DNA of 64,000 nucleotides from an uncultured Planctomycetota bacterium (GTDB taxonomy: Bacteria; Planctomycetota; Planctomycetia; Isosphaerales; Isosphaeraceae): the NCBI GenBank assembly GCA_963823665.1, contig CAWGMQ010000006.1:1248001-1312000 (forward strand), read 5' to 3'. Positions 63,905 to 64,000 of the stretch are shown here, piece after piece; position 1 is the stretch's first letter, and every line of letters starts with the position of its first letter. Below the pieces are notes generated by a model, which made no database searches, was not told the origin of the DNA, and worked only from the letters and a program-made list of their open reading frames with translations. The position numbers and the translations under genes were made by a program.

Positions 63905-64000
63905 GGGGCGAAGGCCGACAATTGTTTTCGGCCGGCGCCGATTCCTCCCGACCGGTGCTGTCGCTGATCCATCCCTTGCTATTCGGGCTAACATCTCCGA

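Overview
GC-rich planctomycete-like (Isosphaeraceae/Singulisphaera-type gene content) accessory region. It holds ECF sigma factor / Ser-Thr kinase-WD40-TPR modules, carA, a GNAT acetyltransferase, a DUF1549/1553-DUF1501-EF-hand operon, a PEP-CTERM protein, a PLP decarboxylase, glycerol dehydrogenase, LRR and redoxin genes, and several internally deleted gene remnants. Intergenic DNA is full of small palindromic (REP-like) and 9-nt-periodic repeats. Main findings: (1) a 1.9-kb element (49827-51725) with no terminal inverted repeats. It encodes a 515-aa Rep_trans-like/winged-helix protein, carries a terminal GGA-triloop hairpin and has TAG at both junctions. Its boundaries can be reconstructed from an uninterrupted sister repeat in the window, so it is a candidate rolling-circle/ssDNA-type transposon. 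(2) Three apparently identical 1652-bp IS1182-family copies, each inserted in the GGA loop of the same REP hairpin, with an empty site also present. (3) A ~450-bp composite repeat hit by both element types. (4) About ten frameshifts that map at GCGC, more likely methylation-linked long-read errors than real pseudogenes. No tRNA, rRNA or CRISPR array was seen. Family names come from motif recognition by eye, not database searches.
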